Shown here: piece after piece, positions 20,214 to 28,383 of the stretch | How positions within the stretch are numbered: the first letter of the stretch is position 1 | Layout: each line of letters opens with the position of its first letter | From: Candidatus Rifleibacteriota bacterium | GTDB taxonomy: Bacteria; Muiribacteriota; UBA6191; JACPRK01; JACQZM01 | Assembly (NCBI GenBank): GCA_016213885.1 | Contig: JACQZM010000191.1 | Span: 1-55,525, forward strand | Direction of reading: 5' to 3' | Length of the DNA: 55,525 bases | Notes under the pieces: generated by a model | Databases searched by the model: none | Seen by the model: only the letters and a program-made list of their open reading frames with translations | What the model was told of the DNA's origin: nothing | Made by a program: the position numbers and the translations under genes

Positions 20214-20470
20214 CCAGGAGAATTTAGCAGGGATAGCTTCTGCCGACAAGAGAATCCGGCCTTCCTTCAGATCGGCCGTCCTCACGCACCGGCCTGGCAA
20301 GGCGGATCATCCTGTCCACCCTGCCGTGGTCTCGACCGTTCGGTTCGAGCCGCCAGGTGCCGATATCAAATCATGGGACCGACCACGGGTTCCTGTGTGC
20401 TGTCTTTTCGTGGAGGCCCGAGGGCCGTCCCTCGCGGGCCGGCCCAAGTGGCCAGGAACGGAGAGAGCCC

Positions 20471-21286
20471 ATGAAGAAGTGCAGCCGCTGCCAGGCCGAG
20501 AACTTCGAGGACCAGAAGTTCTGTAACCTCTGTGGGCGGGAGCTGACGCAGAGGATCTCTCTCGATCTCGTCGGTACGGACCCGACCTCCGGCAAGGGCG
20601 ATCGCCCCCGGACGGCCGCGCCGGCCGCGGAGTCGCCGCCCCCGACCAAGTCTCCCGCCGAGAGGCTGGCCTACCAGCATTTTCTTCTGGCCAAGGAGGA
20701 GGTCAAGAGGAAGAACCTGGACGGAGCGGTCCGGGAGTTCCAGGCCGCGCTCGCCGCCTGCCCCGGAGATCCCATGATCGAGCGCCTTCTGCAGAAGCCC
20801 ATGGACGCCAGGGACAAGGCCCGCGCCCAGGCCCAGGCAGCTCGCTCGGCCCGCGGCGGCGTTCAGGCGTCCAGGAGCGGGAGCGGCGCTCGACCGGCCG
20901 TGGGCGGCGGCCGGGCCGCGGCGGCGCTGGCAGAGGCGCCGGAGGCGGAGTGGGACCAGCCGCTTCCCGGTATCCCCTCCCGCGCCCGGGGTCAACCCCA
21001 ACCCGCCAGGACGGCCCCCCGGGTCACGGCTCATGCCCATCACCACGAGCCCTCGACGCTCCACCGGAAGGGCCGGGCCGACCCGTCGGCTGGCGACGGG
21101 AGCGTCGAGGGCGACACCAGACCGACGGGACACACCGGGCGGTTCCTCGAGGTGTACAGCCGGACGCCCACCCTCTCCCCGGCGATGATGATGGACGGCC
21201 GGTCCGACGACGGCATCAAGGAGATAGCGGTCTCCGTCCTGATGCTGGCCGGTCTGGTGGCGTTCGGGTTCCTGCTGCTGTTGTAG
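20471..21286 (+). CDS. Zinc-ribbon / TPR protein with C-terminal membrane anchor
   Basis: CSRC...FCNLCG at N-terminus, one TPR-like helix pair, low-complexity linker, C-terminal TM helix. Confidence 0.75.
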   Translation: MKKCSRCQAENFEDQKFCNLCGRELTQRISLDLVGTDPTSGKGDRPRTAAPAAESPPPTKSPAERLAYQHFLLAKEEVKRKNLDGAVREFQAALAACPGDPMIERLLQKPMDARDKARAQAQAARSARGGVQASRSGSGARPAVGGGRAAAALAEAPEAEWDQPLPGIPSRARGQPQPARTAPRVTAHAHHHEPSTLHRKGRADPSAGDGSVEGDTRPTGHTGRFLEVYSRTPTLSPAMMMDGRSDDGIKEIAVSVLMLAGLVAFGFLLLL

Positions 21287-21370
21287 CGGGCCGGCAAGAC
21301 CGTCATCCGATCGCGGTTCACGCGGCGGCCTGCCGTCGCCGATCGTTCACCCGTCTGGAGGGGCTCGACC

Positions 21371-21552
21371 CGGACCCGGCGAGGCGCCGGGTCGTGGCGC
21401 GCCAGGATCCCCCACCTGTTTCGCGGAGTCGGGTTTGGGATCAGGCCTCGGCCTGGCTGCAGAGTCACCAGGGAGAAGGAAGAGGAGGGGATCCGGATTG
21501 AGGTCGCGCTCGGGGGCGCGACTCGGACCCGGCGAGGCGCCGGGTCGTGGCG
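21371..21552 (+). repeat. Modular intergenic repeat, copy 1 (C-A-B-C)
   Basis: Module A CCAGGATCCCCC...CAGAGTCACC, module B GGAGGGGATCCGGATTGAGGTCGCGCTCGGG, hairpin C GACCCGGCG-AGG-CGCCGGGTC at both ends. Confidence 0.9.
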
Positions 21553-21583
21553 GGCGTCGGCGCCGCGGGTGTATGCTGCCGGG

Positions 21584-22009
21584 GTGCGCGCCGCGCCTCT
21601 CATACTGGTACTGTTGCTGTCGAGCATGCCGGGACGGGCTGCCGGCCTGCCGCCCGCTTCGCTGGCCGCCCTTCACGAACCGGGGCGCGTCCGGCTGGTG
21701 CTCAAGGAGGCGCCGGCCACCGTGGTGATCGAGGCGCTCTCCCGCGCGGCCGGCCTCGATCTCGTGATGCCGGCGCTCCCGGGTCTCACGCTGACGGTCC
21801 ACCTGCACTCCGCCTCCATCGCCGAGGCGTTGGCTGCGATCTCCGACGTGTCCGGCATCGAGACCGAGATCCGCGGCCGGATCCTCGTGGTGTTCGCCCC
21901 GGGGCGGCAGCCGACCACGACCAGGCTCTACACGACGGATCGGCTCACGCCGCGGGCGCTCTCGGACGCCCTGGAAGAGCGGGAGCGGCAGGCAGCGCCG
22001 CCGCCTTGA
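21584..22009 (+). CDS. Secretin/TonB short N-terminal (STN)-like stand-alone protein
   Basis: Signal peptide; RVRLVLKEAPATVVIEALSRAAGLDLV...LTVHLHSASIAEALAAI...GIETEIRGRILVV; GTG 6 nt after TATGCT suggests a leaderless mRNA. Confidence 0.65.
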   Translation: MRAAPLILVLLLSSMPGRAAGLPPASLAALHEPGRVRLVLKEAPATVVIEALSRAAGLDLVMPALPGLTLTVHLHSASIAEALAAISDVSGIETEIRGRILVVFAPGRQPTTTRLYTTDRLTPRALSDALEERERQAAPPP

Positions 22010-22050
22010 CGGGCTCGGCTGGCGGTCCCCTCGGGCTCGCCGGCTTTGCA

Positions 22051-22135
22051 CGGACCCGGCCGGAGGGGAAAAGGAGGGGATCCGGTTGGAATCGCGCTCG
22101 GAGGCGCGAACTGGATCCGGCGAGGCGCCGGATCT
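22051..22135 (+). repeat. Modular intergenic repeat, copy 2 (partial, B-C)
   Basis: GGAGGGGATCCGGTTGGAATCGCGCTCGG followed by hairpin GATCCGGCG-AGG-CGCCGGATC (22114-22134). Confidence 0.8.
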
Positions 22136-22149
22136 TTCGCAGGACATCG

Positions 22150-22179
22150 TTGTCGGTGCGGTGAACCACGTGCTATGAT
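22150..22179 (+). promoter_or_regulatory. Sigma70-type promoter
   Basis: TTGTCG, 18-nt spacer, extended -10 TGcTATGAT upstream of ATG 22247. Confidence 0.45.
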
Positions 22180-22246
22180 CCGCCTCCGCCAGAGCCGCGG
22201 GTGTTCCTGCTCTGGTGTCTTTCTCAACACGAAGGAGCTTCGCTTC

Positions 22247-23835
22247 ATGATTCGCCTGTTCGCCTGGACGCTCGTCCTCCTGGTCGTCGCGCTGGTGCCG
22301 TCCCACGCCGTGGTCGGAGCCCCGAACACCACCCCCCCCCGAGATTCGGTGTCGAGTCAGCCCTACGAGGCGCCGTGGTTGCCCTACTTCGGCTCCAACA
22401 GCTGCGTGTACCTGGCGGTCCGCGACCCGAACGTGGAGGGTCCGCTCGTCCAGAAGGCGATGAACCCCGACAACCTCTCGAAAGCCGATGAGGTCGCGGC
22501 CAAGAAGCCCGAGTTCGAGGAGATCCACAAGCTGCTGAAGGAGTTCGTCGAGGAGGCGAAGAAGCAGAAGTTCATCGAGAAGAGCTTCACGGAGCTGTTC
22601 CCGACCGGCCTCGGGATGGCCGTGGGGCCCACCGGTTCCGCGCCGGATCTGGGCGCGCTCGTGGTCGTTCCGAAGACCGACAGGCTGATGAAGTTCTACG
22701 AGTTCGCCGTGGCCCACATGAAGAAGGTCAAGGGGGCCGACTCGCTGAAGGCGATCTCCGTGGAAGGGACCGGCGGGTACGTGCTGACCAAGCTGGACAA
22801 GATCAAGCCGGTGGTGCTGGTCGGCGACCGTGTCATCGGGTCGCCGCCGACGCGGCCATGTTCGCCATCGTGGAGCCGGCGCCGCTGTTCGACACGCTGA
22901 CCAAGACGCTGCCCGACCCGGAGCAGCAGAAGAAGGCCGCCGAGGCCAAGAAGTCCCTGGAGTCGCTGGACTGCCTGGTGTTCCAGGTGTCGGCCAACCC
23001 GAAGATGACCCACTTCGACGGCGCCGCTGTCTTCACGCCGGGCTCCCCCGGATTCGCCAAGCTGCCCAAGATCTTCCCGGCCAAGTTCATCAAGGGAGCC
23101 GCGATCTGCCCGGCCGAGATGCCGGCCTTCGCGGGGCTCATCCGGCCGCCCGATCTGGCCGCCGCCATGGCCGATGCCCAGCGAGATGCCATGAACGCCC
23201 AGTTCCAGACGCTGAAGGGCATGCTCCAGGCACAGACCGGTCTGGCCTACGACACGGATGTGGCCCCGTGGTGGGGGGGAGAGCTCGACCTGATGCTGAC
23301 CCTGCCGGAGCAGGGGATGCCGGAGCTGGCGATCCTGTTCGACAGCCTGGACAACAAGGCGTCCCAGGAGACCGTGGCCAAGATGGTGAAGCATCTCAAG
23401 TTCGCCCAGAACCGGGAGTTCGACGAGAAGAAGATCGGCAAGTACACGGTCTCCGTGGTGCGGCCGATGCCGCAACAGCAGCAGCAACTGCCGATCAACC
23501 CGAGCGTGTGCGCCCTGGACAGCTTCCTGGTCATCGGGACCGGCCCCTCCGTGGTGGAGACCATCGCCCAGGCAGACAAGAAGCTCGCGGAGAACCGCTC
23601 CTACAAGGCGCTGGAAGGGACCCACAACGTGGAGCGCATGGCGTTCTCCCTGTTCGTGAAGTCCGAGCTGTTCGTGAAGGCCAAGGCCATGGGGACCCAG
23701 CAGCCCGGCACTCCGGTGGACAACTCGGTCCAGCGGTTCGCCGACCAGGTCGAGTCGCTCCTCGTGGGCCTGGGCTCGCCCGACCAGGAGACCGTGCGGC
23801 TGTCGGTCATCTTCAACGCCAAGGGCGTCAAGTAG
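22247..23835 (+). pseudogene. Exported DUF3352-like protein, split by a frameshift near 22845
   Basis: Signal peptide from ATG 22247 (AAGGAG SD); first frame turns to junk after VLVGDRVIG, second frame (VAADAAMFAIV...) has no signal peptide or clear SD; TGLAYDTDVAPWWGGEL and FLVIGT are DUF3352-like. Confidence 0.6.
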
Positions 23836-24007
23836 CTCTCGCCGACGGTTCGTGCCGCCCCCGGCCGGTCGGTTGCCTCGCCCTGGTCGTGTGAGCGAGA
23901 TTCTTCGCGGAATCCTGGCTTTCGTGCTGCTGCCCACTTGTCATTTGGACGATCCTCTTGTTATATTTATGCGCTCCTTTTCCCTTGGAGAAGATCGGAG
24001 GCTCTTG

Positions 24008-24787
24008 GTGAGGCTGATCCTGGCTATCGCGCTCCTTGTTCTGTGGGGGATGGCAGCTGTGGCCGCACCCACCGCGATCACCGGCTACGAGATCGTGGCG
24101 GATCCGGCGCTGATCTCAGGCATCAAGCCGCTCAAGCCCAAGTTCGTCGCCAACGTGGGCAAGCCCTATTCGCGCACCCTGCTCCTGGAGGATGTCCGGC
24201 GGTTCCAGATGCTGGGCACCGTGGGCATGGTCAGGGCCGGCGAACAGTCGTTCAAGCAGGGCAAGAAGCTGCTCTACCGCGTGGAAGCCAACCCGGCCAT
24301 CCGATCGATCACCCTCTCCGGGGTCAGCCTCTTCAAGCCCGAGGAGATCCTGAAGCGGTTCCAGACCAGGCCCCAGCAGATCCTCGACTACAATCGTCTT
24401 TTCGCCGACATCAACGCGATCCCCGACTACTACATGGAAAAGAAGGGGATCATGTACGCCGATGTCACGGACCTGAAGGACGTGGCGGTGCGAGACGGCC
24501 ACGTGAAGATTCACGTCCGGGAGTTCAAGATGGGGGATCTCGTCGTCAAGGGGGTCAAGGGACCGGAGGCGGACCTGATCCGGAAGTCGTTCAAGGTCAA
24601 GAAGGGTTCCGTGATCAACCGGGCCACCCTGCTGGCGTCGCTTCACGACATCTTCCAGCTGTCCACCGTCAAAGATCTGGACTGGTACCCCCGCTTCGAC
24701 AGGGAGCGGGCCACGGTCTCGATGATCCTCCAGGTCACCCCGGTGGACGAGTCGCTACCGCCCAAGGGGCGCTCGCGCGCGGACTGA
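24008..24787 (+). CDS. POTRA-domain-only periplasmic protein
   Basis: GTG with GGAGG SD and signal peptide; three POTRA-like units (e.g. IRSITLSGVSLFKPEEIL...ILDYNRLFADINAIPDYY); stops without a beta-barrel. Confidence 0.75.
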   Translation: MRLILAIALLVLWGMAAVAAPTAITGYEIVADPALISGIKPLKPKFVANVGKPYSRTLLLEDVRRFQMLGTVGMVRAGEQSFKQGKKLLYRVEANPAIRSITLSGVSLFKPEEILKRFQTRPQQILDYNRLFADINAIPDYYMEKKGIMYADVTDLKDVAVRDGHVKIHVREFKMGDLVVKGVKGPEADLIRKSFKVKKGSVINRATLLASLHDIFQLSTVKDLDWYPRFDRERATVSMILQVTPVDESLPPKGRSRAD

Positions 24788-24889
24788 CCGCCCGGAGAGC
24801 GTCGTTCCCCTGTGGTCGGGTGCCACGAAGGCTCCGATGGTCAAACTCTCTACCCGGTCGTCGAGGGGTGGCCCCCCCGCCCGGGCCGG

Positions 24890-24925
24890 AAAAACAGAGG
24901 CCAGCCCCTCACGGGCTGGCCTTTC
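24890..24925. terminator. Probable bidirectional intrinsic terminator
   Basis: AGGCCAGCCC-CTCAC-GGGCTGGCCT stem between convergent genes, A-run on the left, TTT on the right. Confidence 0.65.
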
Positions 24926-24959
24926 GACGTCGGCGCCGGCGCCTTCGAGACTTCCGGGG

Positions 24960-25310
24960 CTACCAGCGGATCGCCGTGACCATGACGGCAGGATAGTGCT
25001 CGGGTTGCGGCTGGTACTGGATCGCCATGCCACCGGTCTGGTTCGCCAGGCTCGTCTGGCGCTCGAACCGGGCTGTCTTGAGCCGCTCGAACTCGACCCG
25101 AAGCGACTGGGTCTGTTCATCCAGGGCGTTCACCTTGATCTGATTCCACAACTTGGCCGTCGCTGCGACCTCGGTGGGAAACTCCTCAGTGTACGCCTTG
25201 GGGGAGTAGCCTGGCGGGGCGACCTTGAGCTCGTAGGTCGCGTCCTGAGCCCACACCGGACACAGAAGTGTGAGCAAGAGGACCCCACACAAGAAAGGAG
25301 ATCTTGGCAC
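24960..25310 (-). CDS. Small exported hypothetical protein
   Basis: AGGAGG SD, GTG start, signal peptide ending VWA-Q. Confidence 0.7.
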   Translation of the reverse strand: MPRSPFLCGVLLLTLLCPVWAQDATYELKVAPPGYSPKAYTEEFPTEVAATAKLWNQIKVNALDEQTQSLRVEFERLKTARFERQTSLANQTGGMAIQYQPQPEHYPAVMVTAIRW

Positions 25311-25479
25311 ACGTCACCTCCTAGGCGCTAGAATGCCGAGGGTCTTCGCACTGCGAACCTCCCCCCAATGATCCTTCTACGTAGCTCCGGCCAGTAGGTT
25401 GCCCGAAAGACGAAGAAAGGCTAATAGATTTCGCAGCCGCCCCCCGCGGGGCCGGGCCGGCGGAAGTGAGGAGTTCTGA

Positions 25480-26211
25480 ATGCTGGATCGCTTCTCGTGG
25501 GGCCGCAAGCTGGCCCAGGTCTCCAGGCTGTTCTTCTTCAAGCACGATGTGCTCCGATCGGGCACTCTCAGGGGGGACCCCAAGACGATCATGCGGTTGT
25601 ACGACTTCTTCGCGCCGGTCTACGATCTCCTGTTCCCGCGCATCCAGACGTACACCGCCACGGCGAACCACATCGTCACGACCCTGGTCCAGCCGGGCGA
25701 CCAGATTCTGGACCTCGGCGCCGGCACGGGGCTGTTGACCGTCAAGATGGCGGTGAAGGCCTCTCACGTGGTGGCCATGGACCTTCACCAGGCCATGTTG
25801 AGGCGGGCACGGGACAAGGCGCTCGAGCTCGGGCTCGACGGCAGGGTCAACTACAGCCAGGGAAACGCCACGGTCCTGCCGTTCAGGGACGCGGTGTTCA
25901 ACCTGGTGACCTCCAGCTTCATGGAGGTCTACCTCACGGTCCCCGAGAAGACCCAGATGCTCGAGGAGATCCACCGCGTGCTGGCCCCGGGTGGGCGTCT
26001 CATCTTCATGACCGGCAACGGAGAGGTGTCGAACCGGTACATCAAACGTCACCAGTGGACCCGGATCCTCGAGCGGAGCCTGTTCACCGATATCGAATTC
26101 ACCGACCACTATGACGTCTTCCGGGTGATCTTCGCCCGGAAGGCCGGCCGTGGTAACGTTCTGGAACCGAGCTTGAACCGCTCCTCGAGAGACGAGAGGG
26201 AGGGCGCATGA
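25480..26211 (+). CDS. Class I SAM-dependent methyltransferase (UbiE/Methyltransf_11-like)
   Basis: APVYD, ILDLGAGTG, MDLHQAML, GNATVLPF, EIHRVLAPGGRL. Confidence 0.9.
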   Translation: MLDRFSWGRKLAQVSRLFFFKHDVLRSGTLRGDPKTIMRLYDFFAPVYDLLFPRIQTYTATANHIVTTLVQPGDQILDLGAGTGLLTVKMAVKASHVVAMDLHQAMLRRARDKALELGLDGRVNYSQGNATVLPFRDAVFNLVTSSFMEVYLTVPEKTQMLEEIHRVLAPGGRLIFMTGNGEVSNRYIKRHQWTRILERSLFTDIEFTDHYDVFRVIFARKAGRGNVLEPSLNRSSRDEREGA

Positions 26212-27200
26212 GCTGGCTGGACAAGCTGAGCGAAGTCGACAAGAAGAGACTCCAGGGTGAGGATCTCCTCGCCGCCGGGGCTTTCGAACAGGCCAAGACG
26301 CTGCTGGAGCAGGCCAACGAGATCCTCGAGTCGTTCTACCAGGCCCACCATCAGGTGCTGCAGCGGGACCTGGAGACCGCCTGCGCCAAGATCGTCGAGA
26401 AGAACATGCAGCTCGGCGATGCTCACCTGGCCGAGGGCAACCTGGAGATGGCCAGGGAGTGCTACCAGATCTGTCTGGACCTGACCCGATCGCCCCGCGA
26501 GAGGGACGAGATCCTGATCAAGCTGGGTCAGATCGACCAGAAGGAGGTGCCCAGCGAGAACCTGGAGAAGCTGGGCCAGAAGGTCGCCGACAACCCCGTG
26601 TCGCCGGAGGCCCTCTACGATTTCGCCACCGAGCTCGCCATGGAGGGCTATCTCAACGAGGCGATCCGGTACCTCGAGAAGCTCGCCACGCTGGTCCCGG
26701 ATGACGGGGACGTCTACTACAGGCTCGGCAACGCGCTCCTGGACACCAAGCGTCTCGACGAGGCCCGGGCCGCCTACGAGAAGGCGCTCGATCTGAAGTA
26801 CGAAGACCAGGCCGAGATCTTCTACAGGCTGGGCTGCGTGGAGCTGGAGGGGCCGGCCAACTACCTGGAGGCCAAGAAGCACTTCAAGAAGGGCCTGGAG
26901 ATCCGCTCCGATCACGTCGAATGTCTCAAGCGCCTGGCCCGTCTGTACGTTCTGGAAGACGATCTGCATGGAGCGGTCGAGCACCTCGAAGCGGCGGCGA
27001 AGATCGATGTCGAGGATCCTTCCGTCTTCGTGGCGCTGGGCGACCTGTACGCCCGGATGGGCCGACTGGAGAAGGCGCGGGAGAACTGGTCCAGGGCGAT
27101 CGAGATCGCCCCGGACAGCGAGGACGCTGAGGACGCCCAGGAGAAGCTGGACGCCGCCCAGCTCGAGGAGGAAGCCCGGCGTGAAAGAGGGGAGGAGTGA
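26208..27200 (+). CDS. Tetratricopeptide repeat protein
   Basis: Multiple TPR units (YYRLGNALLDTKRLDEARAAYEKALDL etc.); ATGA overlap with the methyltransferase. Confidence 0.88.
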   Translation: MSWLDKLSEVDKKRLQGEDLLAAGAFEQAKTLLEQANEILESFYQAHHQVLQRDLETACAKIVEKNMQLGDAHLAEGNLEMARECYQICLDLTRSPRERDEILIKLGQIDQKEVPSENLEKLGQKVADNPVSPEALYDFATELAMEGYLNEAIRYLEKLATLVPDDGDVYYRLGNALLDTKRLDEARAAYEKALDLKYEDQAEIFYRLGCVELEGPANYLEAKKHFKKGLEIRSDHVECLKRLARLYVLEDDLHGAVEHLEAAAKIDVEDPSVFVALGDLYARMGRLEKARENWSRAIEIAPDSEDAEDAQEKLDAAQLEEEARRERGEE

Positions 27201-27230
27201 GCGTCCTGCGGGGCGGGGGACCGGAGTCCC

Positions 27231-28034
27231 GTGATCCTGGATGAGATCCTCGCCTCGACGAGGCGAGACATCAGAGAGAGGAGCCGGCGGCGTCCGCTGG
27301 AGAGCGGGCCGGTCCGACAGCCCCGCAACGCTCTGCGGGCGGCACTGTCCCGCCCGGGGGTGGGGCTGATCTGCGAGATCAAGAAGGCCTCTCCGTCGAG
27401 CGGACCGATCGCCCCGGCCCTCGACGTCGCGGCCCGGGCGCGGGAGTACGCCGAGGCGGGGGCCCGGGCGATCTCGGTCCTGACGGAGCCGCACTACTTC
27501 TCGGGGTCGCTGGCCGATCTCGAGACGGCCGGGCAGGCCGTCCAGATCCCTCTTCTCAGAAAGGACTTCATCCTGTGCGAGTACCAGGTCTACGAGACGG
27601 CGCTCTCGTCGGCGGCGGCCCTGCTCCTCATCGTGGCCGCCCTGGACTCGAGCACCCTGTCCCGGCTTCTGACCCTCGCCGATCAGCTGGGCCTCGACTG
27701 CCTGGTGGAGGTGCACACCGACCGTGAGCTCGATGTGGCCCTCGAGTGCGGCAGCACCCTCATCGGGGTCAACAACCGGGACCTGTCGACCTTGAAGGTG
27801 GATCTCGCCGTCTCGGAGCGATTGATCCCGTCGATACGCCCGCCCCGGATCGCCGTGGCCGAATCGGGCTTCTCCACCCCGGGTCAGATCGCTCGATTGG
27901 CCGATCTGGGCGCCTCCGCCTTCCTCGTGGGAGGGGCGCTCATGACCCACCGCAGTCCGGGCCAGAAGATCGCCGAGCTGATGAGCCTGGTGAGCCGGCG
28001 TTCCCAACCGACCGGGCCATCGTCTATACAATAG
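27231..28034 (+). CDS. trpC: Indole-3-glycerol phosphate synthase
   Basis: ILDEI, EIKKASPS, ISVLTEPHYFSGS, LRKDFI, LVEVH, IGVNNRDL, VAESG, FLVG. Confidence 0.96.
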   Translation: MILDEILASTRRDIRERSRRRPLESGPVRQPRNALRAALSRPGVGLICEIKKASPSSGPIAPALDVAARAREYAEAGARAISVLTEPHYFSGSLADLETAGQAVQIPLLRKDFILCEYQVYETALSSAAALLLIVAALDSSTLSRLLTLADQLGLDCLVEVHTDRELDVALECGSTLIGVNNRDLSTLKVDLAVSERLIPSIRPPRIAVAESGFSTPGQIARLADLGASAFLVGGALMTHRSPGQKIAELMSLVSRRSQPTGPSSIQ

Positions 28035-28383
28035 GAAACGTCCCGGTGGATCCACTTGCCGAACGGTCGGTCGACATGGTGACAGGGCGATCAGCGGGCT
28101 TTGGCTGGAACCTGCCCAGCCGGTTCCGCCGCGCTCCCGCGACCCCTCCGGAGGGGGAGAGAACCGTAACCATCGACCGGCCCCGCGGATCTTCTAGCGG
28201 TGAGTCGGCGGGGAGCCGAAGCCGTTCGCGCTGCCTTGAACGCCCGTCAGGCACGACGATCCATAGCGGGGGAGAACCCGGTCTTCACCCGGCAACGGCC
28301 GACTCGCGAGGTGAATCGCCATCTTCACGATCACGCCCGGAGGCGTCGACTCCCCCCCCTGGTCTCGACCGGAGACGCCCCCT

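Noticed and set aside
21347-21627. ORFs translating the repeat element (RDLNPDPLL..., SATSIRIPSS..., QASAWLQSH...)
   Set aside because: These recurring peptides are the DNA repeat read in various frames, without consistent start, SD or frame.
28035-28383. SRP or 6S RNA in the trpC-kinase gap (GCCTTGAACGCCCGTCAGG)
   Set aside because: Lacks the SRP GGAA/AGCAG helix motif and no long closing stem was evident.
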